Notes under the pieces: generated by a model
The model's input: the letters and a program-made list of their open reading frames with translations, nothing else
What the model was told of the DNA's origin: nothing
Database searches by the model: none
NCBI GenBank assembly: GCA_963666975.2
Contig: CAXVYR010000004.1
Span: 416,001 to 480,000 of the forward strand
DNA: 64,000 bases
Direction of reading: 5' to 3'
Source: Terriglobia bacterium
GTDB lineage: Bacteria; Acidobacteriota; Terriglobia; 2-12-FULL-54-10
Made by a program: the position numbers and the translations under genes
Shown here: piece after piece, positions 1 to 9,427 of the stretch
How positions within the stretch are numbered: position 1 is the stretch's first letter
How the letters are laid out: the number at the start of each line of letters is the position of its first letter

Positions 1-653
1 CGCACACCCAAAGTTTCAGGAAACATTTCCTGCCGGCGCGTCACCGTCTCCTGTCCGGTATACTCCACCGAAGCCAGCGTGCCGGCGATTGCGGTGTCGT
101 ATCGCGCCGTGCAGGCGAAGGCCTTCTGGGCCAGGCTCCAATGCGTCTCAGGGCTCAACTGCCCCGAATAGCGCTTCATCTCATCCAAAATCCGGGAATA
201 GTCCTCCGGCGAGGTGAGAACCGCCACATCCTGAAAATTCTTGGCGGCCGAGCGGATCATCGCCGGCCCTCCGATGTCCACGTTTTCAATCAAGTCGGAA
301 AATTTCGCCGAGGCGCGGGCGGCGACCTGCTCGAAGGCATACAGGTTGACCACCACCATATCAATCCACCCGATCTTTGCCTGCTCCAGCATCCGGCGAT
401 GGGTTTCGTCATTCCGTTTGGCCAGAATGCCGCCATGAACGGCGGGGTGAAGGGTCTTCACACGGCCGTCGAGCATCTCCGGAAAGCCGGTCACCTCCGC
501 AACGTCCTTTACCGGAACCCCTGCTTCCCGCAACATCTTCCCGGTGCCGCCGGTCGAAAGAATCTCCACTCCCCATTCCTGCAATCCCCGGGCGAAGTCA
601 ACCACACCCGTCTTATCCGTAACACTAATCAAGGCACGCGAAATCCTGCTCAA
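1..653 (-). CDS. purH: Bifunctional AICAR formyltransferase/IMP cyclohydrolase, 5' part (runs off the window start)
   Basis: Manual translation from TTG at 653 (RBS AAGGAGA upstream): MSRISRALISVTDKTGVVDFARGL..ILSTGGT..VTGFPEMLDGRVKTLHP, the PurH MGS-like N-terminus. Not in the ORF track. Confidence 0.95.
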   Translation of the reverse strand, partial: MSRISRALISVTDKTGVVDFARGLQEWGVEILSTGGTGKMLREAGVPVKDVAEVTGFPEMLDGRVKTLHPAVHGGILAKRNDETHRRMLEQAKIGWIDMVVVNLYAFEQVAARASAKFSDLIENVDIGGPAMIRSAAKNFQDVAVLTSPEDYSRILDEMKRYSGQLSPETHWSLAQKAFACTARYDTAIAGTLASVEYTGQETVTRRQEMFPETLGV

Positions 654-754
654 GAATTGTTCTCCTTTTATTGCTTTGTGAATCCGAAATCGGCGAGCGG
701 CAGCGCGGCGCTGAAGTTCTCCGCCGCCTGCCGGTGAAACTTGCGGCGAGGCTG

Positions 755-1300
755 CTACAAACCTTTAGCTTTGAGCTTGACCTGGCCCTTCTCTACTTCC
801 ACTACATACTGCACTTGGTCGCACTTGAAATCGCGTTTGAGCTGGGCAGTTTTCTGCTGGACAAACTTCCGGAAATCATCCGGACCGATATTCGCGGCAT
901 TCTCTCCGCATTTGCGCTTTGCCTCAATCAGCGCTTCGAACAGTTTGTCCACCTTCTCCGGCTCCGAGACCGGGTCGCGCCATTCCACACGGCACGCCAA
1001 GTGCTTTTTCTGCTCCGCCCGCAAGCCCGATCCCGTCTGGCGGGGACCCTCCTCGCGGTCCTTGATTCCCTTCCGCCAAAGATCGGAGAAAACGCTAAAG
1101 CGCTGGGCGAGTCCATTGTAACGGAAACGTTGAGCGTAGGTTAGCTTTTGGGCGTCGGCATACTTTTTGATGAGGTTCTCCACGCGCCAGCGGCTGTCGG
1201 TAGGAGGCCGCTGTGATCCGCCGTTAAAATAAATATCAAATTCTATTTTAAGCCGGCGAAGGCTTTCTTCCAGGTGGGAGAGTTCCTCATCAACCGTCAT
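755..1300 (-). CDS. Conserved hypothetical protein, MXAN_5187 C-terminal-domain-like
   Basis: 181 aa ORF with LKIEFDIYFNGG..RPP, RFRYNGL and terminal VEKGQVKLKAK, as recalled for this family. Confidence 0.7.
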   Translation of the reverse strand: MTVDEELSHLEESLRRLKIEFDIYFNGGSQRPPTDSRWRVENLIKKYADAQKLTYAQRFRYNGLAQRFSVFSDLWRKGIKDREEGPRQTGSGLRAEQKKHLACRVEWRDPVSEPEKVDKLFEALIEAKRKCGENAANIGPDDFRKFVQQKTAQLKRDFKCDQVQYVVEVEKGQVKLKAKGL

Positions 1301-1500
1301 AGTAAAACCTCAACATCCCAAATAGTATAGTATCGTTCGGTCCGCCGGAAGGTCAATATGCAATTACCCTGCGGGAGGTAACGCGGAAGCCTCTCCTCCG
1401 GAGCTTGGTATCCTTTTAACATTCTTATACTTACACCACTGATTATTTCATGTGACAAGTTCAACAAGCGGGAGAAAATCACCGCCCTAAAGTGTAATCA

Positions 1501-1821
1501 TCAGCAGTTCGGTCTAATGGGAGTGTTGATCACGCTGCCTTTCCCAGAACCGCCGGGCACAGACCGATTGGAGGAACCGGGCAAGCGAGGATGCCCATGG
1601 AAAGAGAAAGGGAAGATGCACCTTGCGATAACCCATCGAAGAGCAACGGCCATGAAAAAAACAAAAAGCCCCATGCTGATGAATGCCGGGATACCAAAGA
1701 CTACGCCGATGATGAGCCAGCAAAAAAGTGTCCAGTGGGTCCACAGACAGATTCCTAACAAAGCAATATACACGGCTGCCAGGTAGCACAGAGTCGAGAG
1801 CGGTGATTTAGAGTGAGGCAT
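1501..1821 (-). CDS. Small membrane protein
   Basis: 106 aa with 2-3 hydrophobic segments; GGGAG RBS and a sigma54-like promoter upstream. Confidence 0.6.
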   Translation of the reverse strand: MPHSKSPLSTLCYLAAVYIALLGICLWTHWTLFCWLIIGVVFGIPAFISMGLFVFFMAVALRWVIARCIFPFSFHGHPRLPGSSNRSVPGGSGKGSVINTPIRPNC

Positions 1822-1854
1822 CGCTTACTCCCTCTCTGGCCTACTCTATGCAGG

Positions 1855-1870
1855 AGCAATTGTGTTGCCA
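1855..1870 (-). promoter_or_regulatory. Putative sigma-54 (-24/-12) promoter
   Basis: Minus strand TGGCAACACAATTGCT = GG-N10-GC, ~35 bp upstream of the 1821 start. Confidence 0.55.
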
Positions 1871-2270
1871 CGACAGGGAAGCTGGCCATACGGGCTTAGT
1901 CCTCGAAAATCGCCGCCATTCAGCCACCAGAAAAGAGCAATCATCGACCGTCCGGCCACATCGCTTGTTTTTTTAGCTATATTCGGCCTTGGTTTACCGC
2001 AGGTTTAGGAGGCATGCGAATGCCAACGGGTGAGCCAATTTTCCCACCAGCGTTATAACGCACACCATCTCTCGGACAGGAATACGGGGTAGGGATAATT
2101 GTCTGGGGATGAGCGATTGTTTTGAAGGAACGACTTCGTGGCCAGCAAATGGGGGCTATCCGGCAAGAGATGTTAACGGCGGCAGGATTGGGAGAAAATT
2201 CGGGAAAGCGATTGTGGGCGCTCCCACGCAGCCATACCCACATCTGCATCCATTCGCCGACCGCGTTTCG

Positions 2271-3467
2271 TTACGCCTGCTCCCTGCCAGAGGCCTTGGG
2301 ATATCGGTGCCGGATCGGCTCCGGAACACGTTCTCGTTCGGGCGGATGCACTGTCAGATTCCATTCCAGAGGGATATCCTGAGGCAGGTAGCAAATCTTG
2401 TCGTCGCAGGCCTGGTATCGAAACCGACCGCGAATCTTCAACTCCCGGCTTCCTGAGAAAATCGGCCGCAAGACATCGATTCGCCCCATGGTGATATCCT
2501 GCGTCACCCGGAATACTCCGTGATAAACCGGGACGGTTTCCTGGATGGCGGGCAAGTGTATCATTTCCGGCGTTGGATATTCCGCCGCATGCACGACGTA
2601 TTCCGAAGACGGCTCCAGTTCCAGTTGGATCGGGATATAGCCTTGGACAGTGGGAGCATAGACGTGCATCTTCGGCTTCAAATCCAGCCCGGCCACCAAA
2701 GTCAACCGGAGACTCGGATGGACCACATCCTGCGTGGAATAATATTTCAACTCCAGATGGTCCGTCTCCACCCGCGTTTCGCGCGTGCCGGCCTGGGAAC
2801 CAAACTCCCGCAGCAATATGGTCGGGGCGGTAACACGGTCCCGGAAGGAATCCGGGAAATACTTCGTCTGCAGGATCCCCTCTCGGTCCACTACATACGT
2901 TCCCGGATAGGGAATTCCGTAATAGAAATGGTCGCGGGAAACATGAGTGTTTAAGATCCCGAACTCCCGGATGATGCTGGACTGGACGTCTGACAACATA
3001 GGAAAAGTAATGTTTTTCCGTTTGGCAAAATCCGCCAGAATCGCTTCGGAATCGTACAGGATGGAGCAGACGCCGTATCCCTGCTCACGGAATTTTTCGA
3101 CGTATTGTTCCAGCTCCACGAGCTGTGTTTTACAGTATGGTCACCAGTCTACGGACCGGTTGAAGACGATCACCGCTCCCTTGGGACCGAGAATGGAGTT
3201 GAAGTCCTGCACCTTTCCGAATTGATCCGGCGCGCGAAAGAATGGAATCTTTTCCCCGACAGCCGGCCCCGTGGAAGTAGGCAGGTTGTTCTTCCAAGGC
3301 CCTTCGATGCCGCGCTCCCACGGTCCTTCCAGGGCGCCTTCCGGCTGCGCCTGCCCCATCAGCAATGGCGCCAGAAACAGACACATCGCCAGCACAAATC
3401 CGGCCCTGGAGCCTTTAGAAATCCGTGACCCGGATTCCCTGCGGTGTTTCCAGTTGTACCCGTTCAT
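2271..3467 (-). CDS. Selenoprotein: exported peroxiredoxin-like (AhpC/TSA) domain with UxxC motif, fused to a DsbD N-terminal-like domain
   Basis: ORFs 3141..3578 and 2271..3119 are in the same frame, joined by one TGA: AVIVFNRSVDW-TGA-PYCKTQLVEL. ATG 3467 has a GGAG RBS and a hydrophobic N-terminal segment. C-terminal HVYAP..FRYQACDDKICYLP is DsbD-N-like. Confidence 0.85.
3111..3143 (-). promoter_or_regulatory. Sec UGA codon plus bacterial SECIS-like hairpin
   Basis: UGA, 15 nt, then CAGCTC-GTG-GAGCTG (perfect 6-bp stem, loop starts with G, 21 nt after UGA). Confidence 0.7.
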
Positions 3468-3529
3468 TACGGCTCCAGAAACCAAATTTTTCAAAACAAA
3501 CCTCCGGTCACTAGCCGTGTGATTACTGC

Positions 3530-4972
3530 TTAACGACCCGCATCCGCATAGAACCCGCCCACGATGGCATCGTACCAAAGCTGCACTCCCGCCGGGGCCA
3601 CTCCTCTGGGAAGCCCGGCTTCCGGCGCGCTGTAGCCGTGTATGCCGGCATCCAACTGATACACACGAAATTTTGGCGCGGGATTCATTGCGGCATACCG
3701 TGGCAGATAGACATTCCGGTAAATCTCGGGGGCGTGGTCCCGGCTGTTCTTTGTAATAATCAGCAGCAGAGGCGGAACCGGCTTGGCGTCTTTCCCGGAA
3801 ACCTCCCGAAGGTAGCCGACGTATCTCGCGACCAGGGCCTCGGTCTCCTGTGAACTCAGTTTTAACCGTTTGGCGGTGGCCTTTGCCGCCGAGGCCATTG
3901 CAGCGGCGTTGTCAAAATGAAGGATGTTTTCCGCCTTGAACTGCGGACGCTTGGTGCCACGCTCCCAACTTTCGTAAACTTCCTCCATCACCATAGCCAG
4001 GCGCTCTAACGCCTCCACTCCCTCTTCCTGAATCAATTCATATCCGTAGTACCGGGCGGTATCACGCCAGGAGCGAATTCTCAGGCAGTTGAAGTCCACT
4101 CCCCAAGGTTCGCTGATGCCCTGGATTTCTCTTGTCATCTGCCCGTACAGGGACCCGAAGGGGGAGCTTTCCATTCCGACGATGCCCCGAATGTTGGTGA
4201 CCCGCTGGCTCAGCATCATGGTAAAGGGTCCGCCCGTCGAATGGCCGTGGGCGTAAATCGAGAATTGTTCTTCGGGCAGGTGCTGGCGCAGCATTTCCCT
4301 GCCCCCTTCCTCGAAAGCCACCGGCCAGCCTGCCATGCGGTTGTAGAACTCCGTCCCTTCCTTGGCGCAGGCCAAAGTCAGCGTGCCCCACCTTCTGCGC
4401 CGGGAATCTTCCTGGTCCTTTACCACTTCGTACTGATCCGGGGTAATCACGCCGTCGCGCTTCCAGATCGGCGTTCGCACGGTGCCATCCGCGCGGATGG
4501 TGTCGCCGGGCCAATTTCTGGACGGGTCCTGCAGGTTCAGCCGCCCCGGGTAGGACATGTTGACCACCTTGAAACCAAACTTGCTCGTCAGGAAACGGGA
4601 GAATTTATCTTTCGATATGTGGTCTCCCGATCCCCCGTGCAGCACGAGGATTCCCACTTTCTTTCCGTCCGCTCCAATTGGAATTTGGGATGCGTCCACC
4701 GGCTCGTAGACCATCGCCGCAATGTCCCAATCCAATTCGAGAGCCCGGATTCGGATGATGGATTCCTCCGCCCGCAGAGGGATGTCGGGCTTTGCCAAAA
4801 CCTTTTTCGAGGTCTCGACGAGTTCGGGGCGAGTGATACGAATCCATTCCCCTCCGCTCACTTGCTCCACCTTGCGTTTTGAATCCTCTGCGGCAACGGT
4901 CCCATTGCTGCCAGCGCTGAACAGCAAACACAACAACGCAACCGTCACGAAATTGATCTTTCGGCGCATCAT
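3530..4972 (-). CDS. Secreted alpha/beta-hydrolase-fold protein
   Basis: Signal peptide, VLHGGSG, GHSTGG nucleophile elbow, C-terminal GIHGY. Confidence 0.75.
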   Translation of the reverse strand: MMRRKINFVTVALLCLLFSAGSNGTVAAEDSKRKVEQVSGGEWIRITRPELVETSKKVLAKPDIPLRAEESIIRIRALELDWDIAAMVYEPVDASQIPIGADGKKVGILVLHGGSGDHISKDKFSRFLTSKFGFKVVNMSYPGRLNLQDPSRNWPGDTIRADGTVRTPIWKRDGVITPDQYEVVKDQEDSRRRRWGTLTLACAKEGTEFYNRMAGWPVAFEEGGREMLRQHLPEEQFSIYAHGHSTGGPFTMMLSQRVTNIRGIVGMESSPFGSLYGQMTREIQGISEPWGVDFNCLRIRSWRDTARYYGYELIQEEGVEALERLAMVMEEVYESWERGTKRPQFKAENILHFDNAAAMASAAKATAKRLKLSSQETEALVARYVGYLREVSGKDAKPVPPLLLIITKNSRDHAPEIYRNVYLPRYAAMNPAPKFRVYQLDAGIHGYSAPEAGLPRGVAPAGVQLWYDAIVGGFYADAGR

Positions 4973-5229
4973 CTCAATTCCTCCCGGGCTGGTTCTCTTC
5001 TCGCTTAACTTAAAATTCTATGCCAAGCCATCCGCTCGACTCAAGCTGAGATCGCCATGGCCGCTTCTGGTGGCACCGCGGCTCGCTCGGGCCCTCGCTC
5101 GGGACGTTGTGTTCGCATGAAAATAGCGCTGGGGATACTGGCTCCGGTTTTGTTGTGGCGTGTAGCCTTTTTGACATGACTTTTGGCTGTAGCAAAGCCG
5201 CGTGGACCTGGGTGGGGGTGCGGAACCTC

Positions 5230-5802
5230 TCACGGATTGTTAGCAATTGCATTTCGTACGAGCACCTCGGCTGCCGCTCGGGCGTCATCCGCGGCCCCGG
5301 CTCGACCGGTCACCTGTGCTGTGGCAATCGCGCCATCGACAAGCAAAACCAATTGCTTGGAAAGGGTGTCTGGATCTTTTGCGCCGGTCTCGGCGACAAG
5401 ACCGCGCAAGTAGGACAGGACCATTTCCTTATGTCTCACCGCAAGCTGATGGACCGGGTCTTGCAGGCTTGGATATTCTCCGCTGGCTTTGATGAAAGCA
5501 CACCCGCAGTAGCCATCGCTACGAAACAGCTCGCCGAAAGCTTCAAAAACAGCAAGCAATCGATCCGATGGCCTTTTCGCCCGTCGTTCCACCGCAGCCA
5601 CTAGCCACTCGCGGAACTGTTGATCCTGGAGTTCCAGTGTTGCCAGGATCAACTCCTCCTTGGACTTAAAATGCTTGTAAAGGGTCATGCGAGCGACGCC
5701 AGCCTCTTTGAGGATCGAATCTACGCCGGTGGCATGAAAACCGTGGGAGTAAAACAAATCACTGGCCACACCCACCAGGTGGTCGCGCTTTTTTGATGCC
5801 AT
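5230..5802 (-). CDS. TetR/AcrR family regulator
   Basis: LFYSHGFHATGVDSILKEAGVARMTLYKHFKSKEEL HTH; YCGCAF in the ligand domain; divergent from trx. Confidence 0.92.
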   Translation of the reverse strand: MASKKRDHLVGVASDLFYSHGFHATGVDSILKEAGVARMTLYKHFKSKEELILATLELQDQQFREWLVAAVERRAKRPSDRLLAVFEAFGELFRSDGYCGCAFIKASGEYPSLQDPVHQLAVRHKEMVLSYLRGLVAETGAKDPDTLSKQLVLLVDGAIATAQVTGRAGAADDARAAAEVLVRNAIANNP

Positions 5803-6026
5803 CTTGTACTCCTTTTTCTTTCTGTAAACCATAATATATAGACTATTCCATGTATTGGAAAGTTTCTGACAAATTCAGTTTAGAGGAATACTTAATTAAC
5901 TATCTTATTATCAATCAATTAAATAATTTCAAAAAATATATGAATCGTTCTATCTAATAGCGCCATCTCATGTAGTGAATTCGCTCATGATCGGGTGGAG
6001 GATCAGCAAAAAAAGGAGAAAACAAA

Positions 6027-6386
6027 ATGAAAATGAAGGACACATCCAAATACACCACACTCAACGAGAACAACTTCGAGAACGAGGTTATTCAAAGCAC
6101 CCAGCCCGTGTTGGTCGATTTCTGGGCTGACTGGTGCGGGCCGTGCCACGCGATTGCCCCGGTGATCAATGAGCTGGCGGGTGACTTTGAAGGAAAGGCT
6201 AAAGTCGGCAAATTGAACGTAGACGACGCTGCGGGCGTCGCTGCTCAGTACGGCATCCGCTCCATTCCGACCCTGCTCTTCTTCCAGAACGGCCGGGAAG
6301 TGGACCGTGTCATCGGCGTGGTTCCGCAGCAGGAACTCGCTGACAAGCTCAACGAGCTGGTGCAGAAGACCAGCGCCGTGGCATAA
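6027..6386 (+). CDS. trxA: Thioredoxin
   Basis: VDFWADWCGPC and IRSIPTL motifs. Confidence 0.95.
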   Translation: MKMKDTSKYTTLNENNFENEVIQSTQPVLVDFWADWCGPCHAIAPVINELAGDFEGKAKVGKLNVDDAAGVAAQYGIRSIPTLLFFQNGREVDRVIGVVPQQELADKLNELVQKTSAVA

Positions 6387-6417
6387 GCAAGTATTCATTA
6401 AGGAAAGGAGAAATCAA

Positions 6418-7452
6418 ATGAAAGCAGCAGTGATTCGAGAATTTGGCGGTCCCGAGGTGCTGACGTATGAAAATATCGAGACTCCGAAGCCCAAGCCCGG
6501 GAACATCCTAATCAAGGTGCTCGCCGCCAAGGTCGAACGGCTGGACCATTACATACGGGAAGGGTCAGTCGTTCCACAGCTCCCCTTCCCGCATATCCTG
6601 GGCACGGATGCCGCCGGTGAAGTAGCTGAATTGGGCGCAGGGGTCAGCGGCTTTCAGATCGGCGAGCGCGTGATTCCGGTGCCCGGCTTCCCTCTCAAGG
6701 AGGAGGACTACAATATCCGCCCGGCGGCCACGGCGCCTAGTTTCACGCTTCTTGGATTGGGAATCTGGGGCAGCTATGCCCAGTATATGGAAGTTCCGGC
6801 ACGCTGGGTGCTCAAGGATGACACTGGCATGAAACCAGATGAAGTGGCGACGCTGCCCGTGCCCCTGGGCACCGCTGTTCGATCCGTTAAGAAGGTTGGC
6901 GAGGTCAAGGCAGATGACAAGGTGCTAGTCCAGGCTGGCGCGTCCGGCTCCGGGAGCATACAAATCCAGGTGGCCAGAGCCCTTGGCGCGCAGGTTGCCA
7001 CTACTGTCCGTGACGACGCCAAGGGCGAGTTTGCAAAGAGGCTGGGCGCAGAGCTTGTGATCAACACGCGTAAGGAAGATTTTGTGGAGCGCGTAAAGCA
7101 ATGGACCGGCGGACGGGGTGCTGACGTGGTAATCGACAATCTGGGTGGCGACATTCTGCCCAAAAGCATCGATGCGGTGAAGCCTCTGGGCATCGTGGTT
7201 GCTTTTGGCTTCACAGCCGGCACCGAGGTGACTTTTGACATCTTTAAATTCTTTTCTGCTCAGAAGCAACTGCGCGGCTCGATGGCGAGTGACGACGAGG
7301 ACCTCAAGTGGGGGCTGGAGCAAGTCCGCGCGGGCAGGATCAAATCCACACTCGACCGCGCGCTCCCGCTGAGCCAGGCGGCTGAGGCGCATAGATTGGT
7401 CTCTACCAACCGGGTCACCGGCAACATTGTGTTGCTGCCGTGGGGAGAGTAA
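6418..7452 (+). CDS. MDR-family NADPH:quinone oxidoreductase-like protein
   Basis: MKAAVIREFGGPEVL, PHILGTDAAG, AGASGSG; RBS AAGGAG before ATG 6418. Confidence 0.9.
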   Translation: MKAAVIREFGGPEVLTYENIETPKPKPGNILIKVLAAKVERLDHYIREGSVVPQLPFPHILGTDAAGEVAELGAGVSGFQIGERVIPVPGFPLKEEDYNIRPAATAPSFTLLGLGIWGSYAQYMEVPARWVLKDDTGMKPDEVATLPVPLGTAVRSVKKVGEVKADDKVLVQAGASGSGSIQIQVARALGAQVATTVRDDAKGEFAKRLGAELVINTRKEDFVERVKQWTGGRGADVVIDNLGGDILPKSIDAVKPLGIVVAFGFTAGTEVTFDIFKFFSAQKQLRGSMASDDEDLKWGLEQVRAGRIKSTLDRALPLSQAAEAHRLVSTNRVTGNIVLLPWGE

Positions 7453-7502
7453 GCTCCCTCGGTACAAGGCAGCCGACATTGCTGCTCGCAAAGGAGCCGG
7501 TC

Positions 7503-8180
7503 ATGACACGGAAAATAACAGAGGCAAGGAAACTGATTTCAGTGAATGTTGGACTCCCGCGCGCGGTGGAATGGAAAGGCAGGATGATCACAACGGGAAT
7601 CTTCAAGGACCCGGTGGAAGGCCGCACCACCTTACACCGCCTCAATCTCGACGGCGACGGACAGGCCGACTTGACTGTTCACGGGGGGCCCGACATGGCG
7701 GTCTATGCATACCCGGCTGAACATTATGTCTACTGGCGACAGGAATTGCCGGGCATGGATCTACCCTGGGGAATGTTCGGGGAAAATTTTTCCACCGAGG
7801 GACTGCTGGAGGGATCCGTCAACATCGGCGACCGATTCCGCATCGGCACGGCCGAGGTTCAGGTTACGCAGCCACGCGTGCCTTGCTACAAACTGAGTCT
7901 CAGGTTTAGACGCGACGATATAATCAAGAGATTTCTTGCCAGCCGGCGCACCGGTTTTTACCTTCGAGTCTTGCAAGAAGGAGAGGTGGCTCCCGGCGAC
8001 CCCTTCGAGCTGACGAGCCGAACCGGAAGCAATGTCACTGTCGCGGATATTACCCGGCTGCATATGAAAGAAGATGTCAACCCCGACATCTTGCAACGAG
8101 CCCTTGAGCTCGAAGCGTTGTCCTGGAGTTGGCGAAAGCGCTTCCAACAACGGCAAGCGAAGCCGGTGGGCCCAGCTTAG
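7503..8180 (+). CDS. MOSC domain protein (YiiM-like)
   Basis: DGQADLTVHGG, FGENF, TQPRVPCYKL, RTGFYLRV. Confidence 0.9.
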   Translation: MTRKITEARKLISVNVGLPRAVEWKGRMITTGIFKDPVEGRTTLHRLNLDGDGQADLTVHGGPDMAVYAYPAEHYVYWRQELPGMDLPWGMFGENFSTEGLLEGSVNIGDRFRIGTAEVQVTQPRVPCYKLSLRFRRDDIIKRFLASRRTGFYLRVLQEGEVAPGDPFELTSRTGSNVTVADITRLHMKEDVNPDILQRALELEALSWSWRKRFQQRQAKPVGPA

Positions 8181-8336
8181 AGCAATTTCACAAATGGTGT
8201 AGACCGTCCGAGCCGCGACAGTTATGGAGCGGCCATCCAGCGATGATCGGCCAACCAACGTTTCGTGGTCGCTCCTTTACAGTCGCGGCTCGGATTTCGG
8301 ACCGTGCGAGTCTACACCATTTGTGAAAACTGTATA
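8178..8336. mobile_element. MITE-like element: 27-bp terminal inverted repeats enclosing a REP-like inverted pair
   Basis: Perfect 19-bp core TTTCACAAATGGTGTAGAC (8186-8204) and its reverse complement (8310-8328); TA at both outer ends; inner TCCGAGCCGCGAC..GGAGCGGCCA / TGGTCGCTCC..GTCGCGGCTCGGA. Confidence 0.8.
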
Positions 8337-8396
8337 GAAGAACCAAAGAGCCGCATCGTGGTTTTAACGTCTGGGTTTTAACGCCTGGAGGCATTT

Positions 8397-9218
8397 ATGA
8401 CAGTTAACTTACTAGTTTTTCTGGCGATTGGGCTGCTGACGGCCTTTGGCTGCTCTACACTAACACCTGAAGTGAAACAACCCGAACCTGGAAGAGAAAT
8501 CGTAGCGCGAATGATTGAAGCGCACGGCGGGTTGGAGAAATGGCGGTCGGCGTCGACAGTGAGCTTCGAGGCTGCTTTGCTCCCACCTGGGGCCGACTCC
8601 CCTGTGGTTCATCGCGTGACAGTGGAGCAGGGGCCACGCCGTGCCTATCTGGATTTCCCCGGGATGGGCGCGCGGATTTCCTGGGACGGAGAGAAGGCAT
8701 GGAGTGAAAACTGGCAAGGTCCTTTTCCGCCCCGGTTCTTTGCGCTCCTCAGTTACTACTTCATGAACCTCCCATGGCTTGCGGCAGACCCCGGGGTGAA
8801 CCTCAGCGAGCCGGGGACAGGCATGCTCTGGGATGATCCGACCGAATACATCACAGTGAAGATGACTTTCGGGCCGGGCGTGGGTGATACGCCTGAAGAC
8901 TACTACATTCTGCACATCGACCCGGACAGCTACCGCCTGAGGGCAGCCGAGTTGACTGTTACCTATGCCGCCGTCCTACCGCCCGGCGTCGATGTGATGA
9001 CGGAAATTATCGTTTACGAAGAGTTCGCCACCGTGGATGGGCTTACTGTGCCGATGAAAAGCTCAATTTACGGCAAAGACGGCTCGTCCCTGGCGTCCTT
9101 CCCGGAGCTGAGGGACTGGTCATTTAGTAAGCCATTCGATGAATCGAGGATGGTGATGCCACCCGACGCGGTGCTCGATACGTCTAGCCCAACCCGGCCA
9201 GCCGGGACAGCGAAGTAA
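8397..9218 (+). CDS. Lipoprotein of unknown function (DUF6503-like)
   Basis: Lipobox-like AFGC; MIEAHGGLEKW, YFMNLPW, GVGDTPEDYY. Confidence 0.7.
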   Translation: MTVNLLVFLAIGLLTAFGCSTLTPEVKQPEPGREIVARMIEAHGGLEKWRSASTVSFEAALLPPGADSPVVHRVTVEQGPRRAYLDFPGMGARISWDGEKAWSENWQGPFPPRFFALLSYYFMNLPWLAADPGVNLSEPGTGMLWDDPTEYITVKMTFGPGVGDTPEDYYILHIDPDSYRLRAAELTVTYAAVLPPGVDVMTEIIVYEEFATVDGLTVPMKSSIYGKDGSSLASFPELRDWSFSKPFDESRMVMPPDAVLDTSSPTRPAGTAK

Positions 9219-9242
9219 AAGGGGGAAACCAACCAGCTAACG

Positions 9243-9344
9243 GATGAAGAGATAGCCAAGGCGGCGCTGTTTTTGGCGTCCACGGATTCGTCCTACATGC
9301 TCGGAGCCGAACTGGTGGCGGATGGCGGCAGATCGCAGCTTTAA
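9243..9344 (+). pseudogene. C-terminal remnant of an SDR oxidoreductase
   Basis: Reads DEEIAKAALFLASTDSSYMLGAELVADGGRSQL-stop with no N-terminal part. Confidence 0.8.
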
Positions 9345-9427
9345 CCGGCAACGGGTGGCCGACCGCGACGCCGGAGTAGTTACGAGAGTTAAGAGATTTA
9401 CTGACAATTCTACTGGAGGAGAAAAAT

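Noticed and set aside
141-737. 198-aa plus-strand ORF
   Set aside because: Antisense shadow of purH, which has clear motifs on the minus strand
1977-2249. Possible ncRNA or 90-aa ORF in the intergenic region
   Set aside because: No recognisable RNA family motif, RBS or protein motif
5833-6000. TetR operator palindromes (TAGAC-like half sites)
   Set aside because: Too degenerate in an AT-rich tract to call
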